Counted from the stretch's first letter, positions 10,130-26,134 are shown. The stretch is DNA of 64,000 nt from the human T2T-CHM13v2.0 reference genome, Homo sapiens (GCF_009914755.1 NC_060927.1), one strand, 5' to 3'. The notes: generated from the letters alone by a model not told the origin. Numbers and translations are program-made.

Positions 10130-12490
10130 TTCAGAAGTTTATTTATCTTTTTTCATCTCATCTAACGCTTTCGAATTCTACTTTATCTGAAACAGTTTAC
10201 CGCCACCTTGTTTTTGTCTGTGTTGCTAAATTGTTTTTATTCTTTAATTTTTAATATTTTATCATAATTGTATCTTCATTATTTTTCTCTGTTGTGGTTT
10301 ATATACTTATATATGGGATTGCAAGCCAAATCCAGTTGTATTTATCTTCTAATAGAAGAGTTTAATCCTTTCATCCTTTCGTACTTATTTTCATAAGTGA
10401 CTTTTGTTTCATACGTTCTGGAATTTGCCTGTTTCTGTCTTTTTCTATAGAAAAAGACTTTCTAATCTTTAGGGATTTGGAAGTAATTTCTCCAGTTTTA
10501 AAATTTTAAATAGTTGCTGTTTGTATTCTCATTATATTATTATCTGTGAACAAAAGGCAACCAATTCAACCAACTTGTATTTCTTTGCCTGCTTAAAACC
10601 TACTCCTGTTCATCTGACATTTGGTTTTAGGCCTAAATTATTACACTAAAAATTTCATTTCATCTACTAGTTTTGACAGAACATTTGAAATAATTATTTA
10701 AGTAATTTCAAAATTCATTAAATCTCTTAGATTGTAATTTTCCTCATTCTAGAGTTCTAAAATTTTACTCATTTCTCAGCCGTATTATGTATTTAAATTT
10801 ATTTTAAAGCTAGACATACACAGCATACATTTTTAAGTACTTCCATATCTGAGACTGTCCCCCTGTTGCCTTCATACATGGAGGAATATTTGGCTTACAA
10901 TTTTTAGGTCTCAAATTCACCACATGAAAATTCTAAAGATACTGTTCAATTGTCTTCATTCAATTAATAATGCAGTGGAGAAGTCTGAGGCCAATTCAGG
11001 TTGTTCCTCTATTGGTAACCTGCTTCTTTGCCTGAATGCTTTTAAGAATGCTTCCATTAATTTTCCTAATTAGATTCTTGCCCTGGTTGGGTCCTTTTAG
11101 TTTTACTTTCTGCAGATATTCTGGAGCATTTTTATTTTTAGGCTCATAGTTTAATCAATTGTGGAAGTTTTAATCAGTTCTTTGTTAAATGATAGCTTCC
11201 ATTCCAATTGTTATGGTTTCTTCTTTGGGAAAACCACAGACACTCATTTTAGATTTCCATTCTCCACCTGCCGTATACTTCACTTTTTCTGGAAGAGTGT
11301 TTTTTTGTTTTAATCACTTTGCCTTTCTCCTTTGTTTTCAGGAATGACATCTCAATTTTGTGCTACACATGAATGGTTTTATTTGCTGCAATAGTCGTTC
11401 TTATCTTTACTGCCTCCATTGCAAATTTTAATTACGCTTTTGCAATTTCATTTACTATATCTACTATCTTACCTTGATCGGCTTTTTAACTTCTCCGCCT
11501 TTGGTCTATATGTCTTGTTTTATTGTCGGCCCATTCTCCCTTTGTTTTGTATCTGATCCCATTTGTTTTCCATACTTGCTGCTCACATATGCATAGATAC
11601 CATCTTTTGTTGCATATAGTGTTTAACTCAAGATGGAATATTTTAACGTTTTCTTCTGGTTCCTTTAATAAATCATTGTTTTAAATGCTTTTTAAAAGAT
11701 CCTTCAAAATGATTTTCTAGTTTCCCTTTCCCTGTATGGCAATTAAATTTTAATCGGACACATGTTGTTTTATTTTCCCTCTTGTATAAGTGGAGACCCA
11801 TCCTATTTACAGCATTTATCAATTAGCAGGATGCCCTTGGCCCTAGCTACTGTCCATTTGATTATAAATTTAATCTTCGTCTCAGATCTATATTTGAAAA
11901 GCAAATTGATGTGCATAGTTCTTGGCCCAATTCCCAGGGTCTTTTCTGTTGGAATTAAAAGAGATGCCTTTCCTCCCACACTCTGGAGTTCTTACCCTGG
12001 AAATTAATGCAGTACAGGAAAATCTACTGCATGTATTGCTCCCGTGTCTTTTCTACTTCCTTGCTACAGGAAAGGAGACTGGGATTACATATAAAAGCAA
12101 CAAGTATATGTTATAATGAGAGAGAAAAGGGATGGTGGCTCTCTAAGACCCTAGGATTTAGGTACAGGGAACAGACTGCGTAGGAAAGAAAAAGAAAAGG
12201 CGTAAAAGAAGAGAACAGGGACCTACGGAAAACAAAGTGCCTTCCTATCTTTTTTCAGTAGTATGAGGCTACTCTCTTTCATGAAACCTCCATTTTTTTT
12301 CTCTCAATCCAATTCCATCAGCTTATAGTTAGTGGAAATTCCTCCCATTTTCTAGCAATAGGCTCTGTTGGTCTTAATTTTTTGTGATGTTGTGAGTTTT
12401 CCTGTGCCTTAATAGCTATTTTAGAGGGAAGATGGTAGAGACTGCCTTAGGGACAACTAGCCAGATGCCATTTTAAACTGGAGCCTATGG
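10130..12490 (-). mobile_element. HAL1/old L1 ORF1-like and 5' region
   Basis: ccatatctgagactgtc...gtggagaagtctgaggccaattc...gcctgaatgcttttaagaat, characteristic of antisense HAL1/L1ME; gccattttaaactgga resembles the 5' end. Confidence 0.6.
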
Positions 12491-12872
12491 ATTAGTTATA
12501 AACACAGAGAAAACAATTGTCCATGCCATAATATAACATCATTGTTGATTCTATCCATTCTGGGTTGATGTGAGCCATAAAAGTTCTGTTTGTTTTCAGG
12601 GTCAAATACTGAGCAACAGGAATTACGCTAACAACTTTATTCTGAATATAAATTTCTAAAAATCAACTTTTGCATGGATTTAAGATACTTTCGTCTGTTA
12701 TGTTGGCTAGAATAATACTGACTGGAACTTGATATTTTTGTTTACTAAATTAAGATTGTAAAAACTCATGTTACTTGCTTAGATATTGATTTTTTTAAAG
12801 CTCATTATGTCAAAACACTTGATTTCGTTCCACTTTAGAATTATCTTCCACACATTTAAAGATTCACCAAGG

Positions 12873-13049
12873 TAGTGGTTCTAAAACCATACTGTGAATA
12901 ATTTTCTCAGGAGGAGCTCATAAAAATATTCAGATCCCCAGGCAATGCCTCTGCATGTATAGACTGAGTAGGACCAGAGATTTTTGTTTGCAATGAGTAC
13001 ACGCAAATGATACTAAAGCAGTGGTCCAGTCATACTTTGAAAAATGTTG
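12873..13049. mobile_element. MER5-family hAT MITE
   Basis: tagtggttctaaaacc...ggagctcataaaaatattcagatccccagg...catactttgaaaaatgttg. Confidence 0.65.
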
Positions 13050-13137
13050 ATGAGTTTCAGGAGAGTGGTTAGGACTTTTCTATTTTTATTGGTGTTCGTA
13101 TACTATAGTCTCAGAGACATGTAATTATATATCTCCT

Positions 13138-13183
13138 ACAGTGAAGACTTTCTGCCTTAAACAGTGAAGACTTTCTGCCTTTA
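13138..13183 (+). repeat. 23-bp tandem duplication
   Basis: acagtgaagactttctgccttaa followed by acagtgaagactttctgccttta. Confidence 0.95.
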
Positions 13184-13399
13184 AACTAGATTTTTATTGT
13201 TGTTACCACATGTAAGAACAATATGACTATCGCTTCAAGAATTTGTGAAAACATGCTCAGCTATCTACTGGTTGGCTAAGAGATTTAATGCAATTTGTTC
13301 TAATAGAAAAAAAATCTTTACATAATATTCCCCAAATGAGTATTATTAACTATCAAGATTAAGCATATAAATATGTTAATTATCTGGCAAACAGAAAAT

Positions 13400-13826
<427 letters not shown>

Positions 13827-14669
13827 CTAAATGAAAAGTACTTTATCTCCACACCTACACAGCATCAGCGAAAGTTTCAGCAGTTCTGTCATTTCACTGA
13901 AAACCAAATAATCAACATAGATTTACTGAAGATTATACCAAGAATTAAAACTAGGTATCCAATATATAAGAAAGAAATGTCTTTGCTTTTCTACTTTGCA
14001 GTTAAATATATTGGTATTTAATAGTTCAAAAGTATATGATGAGTTTTTCTAAAACCATTAAAATTGAGTGCTGCTGTTTCTCAGATAGGATAAATTCATT
14101 AGTCTAATAGAGTGCTACAGGTAACAGTTACCCCTTGGTAATTTTTCCACTAATATTCATGCACTGTATTTCAGTCTTTCAATACTACTTTAATGACTTG
14201 TAGACTTTTACTCAGGTACTTCCTAATTAAGTGTATTTGTAATAGCTATAGTTTTTATTATCAAATCATTCTGGATTCAGACTTTAGGCTGATAGTTGTT
14301 TCTTAATTGCTCAAATTTTTTTAAGTTTAATTAGTTTTAGATGGCAGAACAGATGGTCTGTGAATCCATTGGTGCTGTATCTATGTGATAATATACTTTG
14401 GTTCTGTCTAATGGAGTGACTCTTCTTTTCTAAATATTCTCATTTAAACAGCACTCTTAGTTTCTCACTTTTTTTCAATTTGTGTCAAGGATAATGTGAA
14501 ATAAACATGAATTTTATCAAATTGTTATAATCTTGGCCAAATTCGGAATCAAATATGACAGCTTTAATTTTGATATATTTAGATTCATAAATTATGATTA
14601 TGCACACCTAATAAACATTAACTCAGTACAAAAGGAATCTTATCTCAACCAATATTATAAAATAAAACA

Positions 14670-15400
14670 ATTTCCTAACAAATTTTGGTAAGCACCTAAT
14701 GGATGCTGGACTCTGGGGCTAAATCATGAATCAAAATAAACAGTGATGCGGGGCAAATGCCTATAGTCCCAGCTACTCAGGAGGCTGAGATGACAGGATC
14801 ACTTGAGGCCAGGAGTTAGAGATCAGCCTGGGCAACAGAGTGAGTCCCCCTGATTCTAAAAACAAACAAAGTTCCCTTTCTCCTTTGCTCTCAAGGAGCT
14901 TATAGTCTATCGGGGTGAAGGTGGATGTTAAACTAATCATCACGCTGCTGATGACATAATTACAAACTATAATAAAGGGTCTGAAGGAAAAAAGTATAAT
15001 CGCATGAGCAAAGAAGCCTAAGCAGTAATTGAGGGTCAGAGAAGACTTCTTCAACGAGCAGCCTTTAAGCTGAGACTTGGGTAGTGAAATCAATAAACTC
15101 AATTAGTGAAGAAGAAGAGAAAGAATGTTCTAGACACAGAAGGCACAGCACATGTGGAGAATATACTGCAAGAGCACACGGTAAATAAAGCAAGGCCAGA
15201 GTGGCTGAAGCAGAGAAAGTAAGGGGAAGAATTCTATGAGGTAGGGCTTGAGAGACTGAAATAGCCAGACATTTCCACTAAGAGTAAAAATTTTAGCATT
15301 ATCTAAAGAGTATAGCAAAGCTATTAGAGTATTTTAACAGAGGGATAATATTACCATGATTGCTTGTGAAAAGATAACTTAGTTGATTTCAACATGCAAA
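14670..15400 (-). mobile_element. L2 LINE 3' region, interrupted by a FLAM
   Basis: aagcacctaat...ctttgctctcaaggagcttatagtcta...gggtcagagaagacttc...tttaagctgagacttg...aaggccagagtggctgaagcagag. Confidence 0.8.
14742..14870 (+). mobile_element. FLAM_A-like Alu monomer
   Basis: tgcctatagtcccagctactcaggaggctgag...gatcacttgaggccaggagtt...cagcctgggcaacagagtgag. Confidence 0.85.
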
Positions 15401-15457
15401 TTGAGCTAAGCTGATAATGCCTATCACTACAAACCTATTAAAATGTTCAGCAAATAT

Positions 15458-15586
15458 GTCGGGCACTGTGACCCATGCCGGTAGTCCCAGCTACTCTGGA
15501 AACTAAGGCAAGAAGATTTCTTGAGTCCACAAGTTTGAGTCTAGCCTGGGCAACACAGTGAAACCCCATCTCTAAAAATACAAACA
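15458..15586 (+). mobile_element. FLAM_A-like Alu monomer
   Basis: gtagtcccagctactctgg...agcctgggcaacacagtgaaaccccatctctaaaaa; degenerate TSD aaaatgttcagcaaat / aaaatgttgggtaaat. Confidence 0.85.
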
Positions 15587-15679
15587 GATGAAAAATGTTG
15601 GGTAAATTTACAACACAAACTTCTAAAAAATAAAAATAAAAAAACGTGTCTGAGAGCCAATAAAGAAGAAAGATTTCCT

Positions 15680-16472
<793 letters not shown>

Positions 16473-16812
16473 ATGACTCTGTGGTTTTTGGCTTGCTCAA
16501 TGTGGCAGATGGTGGAACCATTCAGAAACACAGGACAATGGAAACAGAGGAGATTAGGGCTGGTAAGGTCAGTCTTGAATCTGCTAGAATTTTTTTGGCC
16601 TTACAGACAGTCATGTGGTAAAGTCTAGTAGGCAAATGAATATACAGCATGGATCTGAAAGCAGAAGTCTGTGCTAGAGATATTGGCTGTCACATGAGTA
16701 GATGTCAAATAAAGTTGTTCATATGCGCAAGGCTGCCTAAGAGATGGATTTAGATAAAGTTAAGGGCTTTCTGGAACTACATATAATGCCTGATAAAAGT
16801 AGACACACCTGC
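16473..16812 (-). mobile_element. L2 fragment (host of the L1HS; resumes ~18451-18525)
   Basis: gatgactctgtggtttttggcttg...gatggtggaaccattc...gtctagtaggcaaatgaatatac...agaagtctgtgctagaga. Confidence 0.7.
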
Positions 16813-16825
16813 AAAAGAAACATAG

Positions 16826-18433
<1,608 letters not shown>

Positions 18434-18740
18434 AAAAGAAACATAGAAGGATTGTCAGAATGGAAAAAGAAAACCCAAGAAGATATATTCCCACAAAAGC
18501 CAAAGCAAAAGACCAAGAGAGGATTTTTTTATTCTCCTATATTTGCAGCTTTGAAGATCATCTCTACATGTAATAACATCATATTAGTCTGGCATTCTTC
18601 TCCTAGCATTAAATATTAAATTTAGCACACATTCTTACATATATTACCACATGTAGACATAGAGATCTTTCAGAATAAACGAGTATTACAGATGTTCACA
18701 TTATTTATCTAGAGATTTTAGTCATTGTTATCCTCTAAAC

Positions 18741-18962
18741 TAGAGATCTGCAAATGTTTTCCACAAAGGGCCAGAGAGTAAGTATTCCAGGTGTTGGGGA
18801 CCATGAGGTCTCTGTCACAAGTACTCAACTTTTCCATGGTAGCATGAAACCAGCCATAGACAATACTTAAATAATGAGGATAGTTGTCTCCCAATAAAAC
18901 TTTATTTACAAAAAATAAGCAGCAAACCAGAGAATCTGAACACACGAGAGCTTCCGGATTTG
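18741..18962 (-). mobile_element. MER58A hAT-Charlie
   Basis: caaatgttttccacaaagggccagagagtaag...ggtctctgtcacaagtactcaact...cagccatagacaatac...ccaataaaactttatttacaaaaa; flanks ctctaaac / ctctagga. Confidence 0.85.
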
Positions 18963-19589
18963 CTCTAGGACAGACTCTGAACCATTTTTCACTTTTTTAT
19001 TGCATATAAGTAATACTTGCATGCACAGCATTTATTTTAATTTTCCATATTTTTGTTAGGTGAAAAAAAATATTTCTTTGTTACCAGGATAAACTAGACA
19101 AAATATTATTAGATGTAAACTATTTACTAGGAAAATATAAATGTAATTAGAAAATTCCTAACTGCAAAGTATAGAAAGAATAACAACAGAATATAAATAG
19201 CAGTGTTTCAGTTAAGGAGTATGCCTTATATATGCCAAAAGGGAAATGACGTAGAAAATCAATCTGATAGGAGAAGGGAAACTGTAAAAGAATTCATGAT
19301 CCACGTAATAGTACTAAAGTGTCTCTTTTTTTGAAAATTCAAGACATTCACATGAGCACTTGTGAACAATTCTGTGGGAGAAAGATAACAAGAAAGGAAA
19401 TATCCCCAAATAAAACTGCATGTCTGTGCACACACCAACACACATAGACACACACATATACTACTATAGTTTGTAGCTATATGGAGGCTTAAGAATTTCT
19501 GTAGAACAATACACCTCAAACTTAAAAGAAAAATAATGGTTATATATTATTTAAAAATATATTTTTAAATGTATCTGAAGAAAAAACAA

Positions 19590-19865
19590 GAGTTTCACTC
19601 TTGTTGCCCAGGCTGGAGTGCAATGGTGCGATCTGGGCTCACTCCAACCTCTACCTCCCGGGTTGAAGCAATTATCCTGCCTCAGCCTCCCAAGTAGCTG
19701 GGATTACAGGCATGCGCCACCATGCCCGGCTAATTTTGTATTTTTAGTAGAGACAGGGTTTCACCATGTTGTTCAGTCTGGTCTCGAACTCCTGACCTTA
19801 GGTGATCCACTCGCCTCTGCCTCCCAAAGTGCTGGAATTACAGGCATGAGCCATTGCACCAGGCC
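19590..19865 (-). mobile_element. AluSq/Sp-like lacking a poly-A tail
   Basis: gagtttcactcttgttgcccaggctggagtgcaatgg (Sq/Sp diagnostic); both arms present; no T-run at the 3' end. Confidence 0.93.
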
Positions 19866-19944
19866 GAAAAACTAAATATATTAATGTATCCTGTTTTATC
19901 TCCTTGCAGCAACCAGAGTACTTACAGCATTTATTAAAAACAAT

Positions 19945-20530
19945 CTTCCAGGAAGATGGAATAAATATACACCTCCCTATTCCTCTCACTAAGTATAATT
20001 AATATCATGTTAGTTATGTATATAACAATAACAGGAGACTCTCAAGGGTGGAGAGAAGGCAGATGCAATAGGGGCCTCAAGACCCAGGGAACAAACACGA
20101 GTTTTCTGGATTTTCTTTTTGCCTCATCTATTCTAGACTTTGGGCTGAAGAATTTGGCAAGCTGGAAACACCAAGAGGTGCAGACAAAAAAATAAAACCT
20201 GTAAAGCCAAGATTTTTTGTTCTCTCTAGCCAGAGAACCAGGAAAGGGGCAGCTTAACAAGACAGAAAACTTTTATACCATAACTGCTTTACTCCAGTCA
20301 TAGAAAATTTTTTCCATAGAAAACAACTGTGAGCCCACCCACACACCACCAGCAAAGATGAAGTGGGTCTTCCTGCCAGACTGTGAGAAAGCACCCCAAC
20401 ACCCATCCCCATACCATCACCAGGGTGGTATCAGAGAAGGCTGAAAGCTTGGACTTTCATCCCCACCATGAAGTAAAAAGGCCTACTGCTCCCCAACCCT
20501 TGTGATATCAGTAGAGATCATATGGGGTCT
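19945..20530 (+). mobile_element. L1MCa-type 5' end
   Basis: cttccaggaagatggaataaatatac...ccctattcctctcactaagta...gggtggagagaaggcaga...ttttctttttgcctc...accaggaaaggggcagc. Confidence 0.7.
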
Positions 20531-22797
20531 GTGACTGAAATATGTGTTTAGTGAAAAGTAGAATCTTGGGGGTTTAAAACTTTGATAATTGGCAAAGACT
20601 GATTTTTAAAAATTCAAATGAACTTTCTAAAATTAAAATATGACTTTTATATAATAAATATATATGAAATAATATTTATTTATAATAGTATCACAGACTA
20701 TTTCATATTGATCTTCTCTTTACTGCAATGTACCTGAGCAAAAGAGAGTTTTTCATATTGCATTGGGTAAAAATCATATAAAAATAGGCCTGATTCTGCA
20801 TCTAACATCGGAGTTGGATTGGTAACGTTACATCTGATATGAAGTGAACTACTGCCTCGCTCTTGAATAATCCTCAATGTTTTACAACCCCTAGTACAAC
20901 ATCAAAATATATTAAGATAATTCTTTTTAATTCACAAAGGCATGGAGCTGTAAGATTCCTTATTTATCTCAAATGGTACCTAATTTATAGAAGCTTCAGA
21001 AATTACTTTTCCCAACTTAATTCAGGAAAATGTGTACTTCCCCCCACCCCCAAGCCCCTTCATTGGTTGGTCTGCTGAAAAAAGTGCCTTTTTTTTAGTA
21101 GAAATTCTCAGCACAACTGTTAAGTGAAGGTAGCCTATAGATTAGATTTGAGCTCCATGAAAAATACAAAAATCAACCACCAATAATTAGCAGCCTCACA
21201 CAAGCTTTGTAGTATCTGCTTTGAGGCTCATCTAATTGTATCTAATCCCACATCAGCAGGGTTCTCAAGCCTTTACCTAATGAAAGATTTTATCATAAGT
21301 CCATCAAAATGGACTGTGAGAGTTATTGTTTTCTTTCTCATCCTTCCAAATCATTTTAACTCTTCATCCTTTTTAAAAATGACATTTTGCTGTGTTCCTT
21401 GACGTTTGTGGAAACGATGACCATTAGCCAAACTAGACAATAGCAAGAGCTAAAAACAAAACCGTGTGCTCAGTACATATCCCAGGTGATATATTGATTT
21501 ATTGTAGTCTTAATTATTCTGCATCTATCTACCGCTTTTCCCTTGCAGGTTTTCCAGAAACTATAAAATCTTTATAATAATATTTTCTGTGGAGAAAATG
21601 ATTTCATTTAAGTATGACTTATTACAAAAATCCAGTAATGTTATTATGCTTCTATTTTAATATTTTAATATTTTTTAAAATTTAATAACTTTAATTACAT
21701 TTTATATTTTTAATAAATACATAATGGATTCTAGCATAGGGTAAATGGACATATTATTGTCTAAAATGGGGGAAAACTAATTTAGGAAGATGATAATTTA
21801 GGAAACTAGTTATAATCCAATTTCTAGATAGCAATCTTTAATCTTATAATTATTTTTCTTTCAATTATTGCTTGAAGATTTGCCATTATTGTGGGATATT
21901 GAGACCATAACAGTAACTTAGAAACAACCCAAGGGTTACAGGGAATTCTTCATTACTCCATAGTGAATACTCAAGTTATAGAAACAAAACAAAAAGAGTA
22001 CAATAAAGCACAAATCACCATATTACTTACTTTGTTGTGCCAATACATTTTAGAATATCTAGAACTAAGCTTTCAGAAGTACAATGACAATATGCCTGAA
22101 TATTAAAAAATTTAAAATTTGATTATATAACAGATGGATTCCATTGTTTTTTTAAATTGCAGATAAATTTGTTTTGTTTCTCCCAGTGGAGATTTTTGAG
22201 TATTTAATTAAAGGCCTCATTGCCCCATCATTAAATTCAAAGAAGCATATCTAATGTGAACACTTAAATGTAATGTCACTCATTAGTCTTTAATGAAGAG
22301 AAACGTATTCTTTCTCTAAAGAACAGCTGTAAAAATAGTGTCTGTCACCTACAAAATTATACATTCTGAAGATTATTAATGTGCATTTAATGACTTTGAA
22401 ATATGTCTTTGCAACAGTTACTATGCATGTTTCTTCCTTTCGGGCTTCATCTGTGAAAGAGGTTAACTAAAGTCAGAGAGCCTGGAATTCTCATACACCT
22501 CAGGACACCAGCCTGAAGCAGAAGCTAAATTTTCCCAGGTACCTGTAACAGATTGGGCATGGAGTCATTTGGCTTTCTATACCACACATTTTCTCATTGG
22601 TCCTGTACCTTGATAGCAGTTTTCATAATGCCTTAGCCATAAAAATCTGTCATTAGACAGTTAAAATTCATCTGGAGCTCTTTTTCCTAGGATCTAGTCA
22701 ACAAGAAAATTGATTTTAATGTCTGTGCCGTTTCCTGACTCTGCAAGACAAGACTCAGAATACAGCACAGTGATTGCAGTTGATTCACTATTGCCTT

Positions 22798-22853
22798 ATC
22801 ACCACCATCATCATCACCATTACTATTATCCTCACCAACATCATCACAGTCAC
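22798..22853 (+). repeat. Degenerate (CAT/CAC)n repeat
   Basis: atcaccaccatcatcatcaccattactattatcctcaccaacatcatcac. Confidence 0.8.
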
Positions 22854-23344
22854 CAACTGTCATTCTTGAAAAATGTATTTATACCTATTATATGCTGAAG
22901 TCCTACATCCTAGTATTTGATCACTGAGCCATGGCAGCCATCTAAATCTACTGCTTTTTTTTTTTTAAGACAAAGAAAGTACTGATTAGTTCTGCATACA
23001 CTCAGCAAAGCATCTAGGCAAATTTTTTTAAGGCCATCAACTATTTAGACCTATCCAGATATCCATATGTCTGGTGTTAGCAAATTCAACGTATGTATTC
23101 TTCATTGAACTCTTTAGATTTTATTCAGGAGATTCAGGGTCAATTAGGTACCACTAAGTTATGTTCTGAAGTATATTACTACTTTGTTGAAATACAACCC
23201 ATCATTAAGCATAATTCGACATTAAGTGCCTCCTTAAAGTGCATCCAACATGCCTTTAATTACAGAAGCACCTAAAATAGTTCATCGCAGACATATTTGC
23301 ATATCTAATGGTTCCATGGCATAACTCCAAGAATGACAAAATCA

Positions 23345-23435
23345 TATTATTTATTTATTCATTCAGCAAGTATTTATCTAGCGTCTCTTGTGTCAGACAT
23401 AGCGCTGTGTGCTACAGGTACAGTAGTATACAGTC
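23345..23435 (-). mobile_element. L2 3' terminus
   Basis: ttatttattcattcagcaagtatttatctagcgtctcttgtgtcagaca. Confidence 0.7.
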
Positions 23436-23624
23436 TCACATTTGTAGGTATAAATACATATATTTCACAAGTATAGTCATGTCTTTCTGCATTGGGAAGA
23501 TGTTCTTCATAGTCTGAGTACTTCATATTTTTTCCTTGCAACAGGAGTGTGAATGACAATAACATAAAACAAGTGTGTTACTTCTGGAACTATTACCAAC
23601 ATGGTAGTAGTTCCATGGTCTACT

Positions 23625-23713
23625 GGTGGTTGGATTATGAAAGCCATAGGCCACACAAGATCTAACAAAGGTTTAAATCTTGTGTGGCTTATGGCTTTTA
23701 TAATCCAACCATC
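23625..23713. repeat. Near-perfect inverted repeat (37-bp stem hairpin); candidate pre-miRNA-like structure
   Basis: Arm ggtggttggattatgaaagccataggccacacaagat (23625-23661) pairs with atcttgtgtggcttatggcttttataatccaaccatc (23677-23713): 34 Watson-Crick plus 3 G-U pairs. Confidence 0.9.
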
Positions 23714-23890
23714 TTTTGTAATTTCACCACCTGGGACAAGACAACACATGCTGGGTGCACGAAAACCCTCGTAGTTTTTTTTGGTTGAATCAAAAGAGTA
23801 AAAAGAAGTTTCTTCATTTTTAAAGTAATTTGGATGTTCAAATTTTTTTGAAACCAGTTGAAAACATAGTTTATTAAGGCATTTTTATAG

Positions 23891-24117
<227 letters not shown>

Positions 24118-24755
24118 AAGTATTTCTTCAATATGTACTTTAAATATGTACTGGCTTGTCATGCTGCGTCATCCGTTCACCAGCATCTCTCTCTGCTTTC
24201 CTAGCTCCAACCCATCCACAGAAAACAACCTAATAGCTGGAAAATAGATGCTTTGCCCTATGAAACTTCTTCTGATACTTTCCCCCTGTGCAATTGACTG
24301 CCTCCTATTTTGTTTCCCCAGTGTATCTTGTTTTCATCTATATCAAAATATCTTTGTATTGCATTTATATATTTACAAGCTTAACCTTTAGAAAAGCCAC
24401 AGTCTCATTGTGTTGTCTCAATAATCGTTCTATTCAAAACATAATCTTACTTGTAAAAATAATTAAAATTAATTCACTTCTCTACTCAGTCTCCTGAAGA
24501 AATGTCAAAAGGAAAATTATATTTCTAAAACATACAGAATTAAAAAAAAAAAGCTTTTGTCTCAATCTTTGCATACAGGGTTGATAACATCAAATAAATA
24601 GTTGGGTCAAAAGTCAAGTTGGACACTCTAGGTTGCTAAAGATGATAAGAATATAGTTGAAATGATTGACAATGGGGCTACACAATAGGAAGATGGTTGA
24701 TAGGAAGAATACAATGCGTTTGTACTGTTTGAAGACCAGACACTGTGCTTTCACT

Positions 24756-25229
24756 TACAGCCAAGACTTTCTGGGTGCAAATGACAGAAACTTAGTTCAA
24801 ACTGACTTGGCTATCTTATATAATGCCTAGGGACAGTCTTTAGGCTTGGCTGAATCCAGATGCTCAAACAATGTTATCGAAAATTATGTGTGGGCTTCAT
24901 TCTCAGCAAGGCTTTTGTCCTGGTCATAGCCACTACAACCCAAGGCCTACATTCAACCAGCTTAACAATCCCAGTAGAAAGAAATCCTCTTTCCCAAAAG
25001 TTTCAGCGGAAGTTGCAGGATTGATTCTTATTCTCCGAACTTGGGACACCCAAACTAAGACTCTGACGGGCTAATGTTGGATCACAGGAGTATCTAAGGA
25101 GGTGGAGATTTGATCAGCCCCATCTGAACTGGAGGACTGAGAGTAAAAGAGGAGTCTCACACACAGAAACTACGGGGCTGTCACCAGAAGAAGGGAGAGA
25201 TGCAGGCTGGTCACAAATGTGCACACTAT
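24756..25229 (-). mobile_element. MLT1K-like MaLR LTR
   Basis: gactttctgggtgcaaatgacagaaac...ggcttggctgaatccagatgctcaaacaatg...ggggctgtcaccagaagaaggg. Confidence 0.75.
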
Positions 25230-26134
25230 ACTCACATGAAATAAAATATACTGCAGATGGATATTCTGTTTTTACAAAGATTTTCCTTCTGAAATGCCAA
25301 ATGGAGCCAATAAAATAAGAAGAGACATCATCAACTATCCACAGAAACTTTTCATATCTCAAAATTTCAGAAATTCAGTTTCCCTTCAGTTACCTTTTCA
25401 TATTGAGTATGAATTATATCTTTTGAAACCTTAGTTGCCCTGCTCTATTGACTAAAAAGAGCAAATAACTCATGTGAATTAGTCTTTCTCTCCATCCTTC
25501 TGTACTCTGTTTCTCTAATATGCATATAGATCATATATATAATGCATTTCAATTCTTCTCAGAGTGCCTGTTAAGAACAGTGGGTATATATGGTAGCACT
25601 TGAAAGAGCTCAGTAAATTTATTGAACTTTTCACTTGGTCTAATTCACTTTCCATCACTTGCTTCCTCAGTGCTCTTCCAAGAATGAATGTGTGTGTACA
25701 TAGAATCTTTGCATGTGTAAACATTTCCCCCGAACACGTGTTATGTGTGGAAATTGCTTTACATTTGTATGCATGTCTTCCTCTCCTGATCTCTTCCTTC
25801 ATTTATTTCCAAACACACTCTTTACCTAGACTCTGCTCTGCAAGCTTACAGATTTTCTTGAGTCGTTGTCATGTGTGAATGGGCTGCAATTCAGCTCTGC
25901 TTCTTCATAAGCTCACCTTTTTTTTTCTTATTCCCACACAATCAAACTTCTTTAGAGATAGTCTGCCCTCAGTGTATTCGTTACCTCTGACTTCATTCAT
26001 TTAAAAAAATCAACCTTATGGTCTGGCTTTTGGGCCCACTTATTCTACTGAGGCTTCAGTCTTATTAACACTGATTGAAATAACCTAAGTATAGCACCTT
26101 CATCTCCGAGATCATGTAACGTTGTAACAACAGT

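Noticed and set aside
22710-22898. Poly-histidine ORF
   Set aside because: Translation of a degenerate (CAT/CAC)n repeat with a non-ATG start
23690-23711. Annotation as a miR-135 gene
   Set aside because: Only the first 10 nt match; the remainder and precursor differ, and the match is on the 3' arm in a non-canonical register
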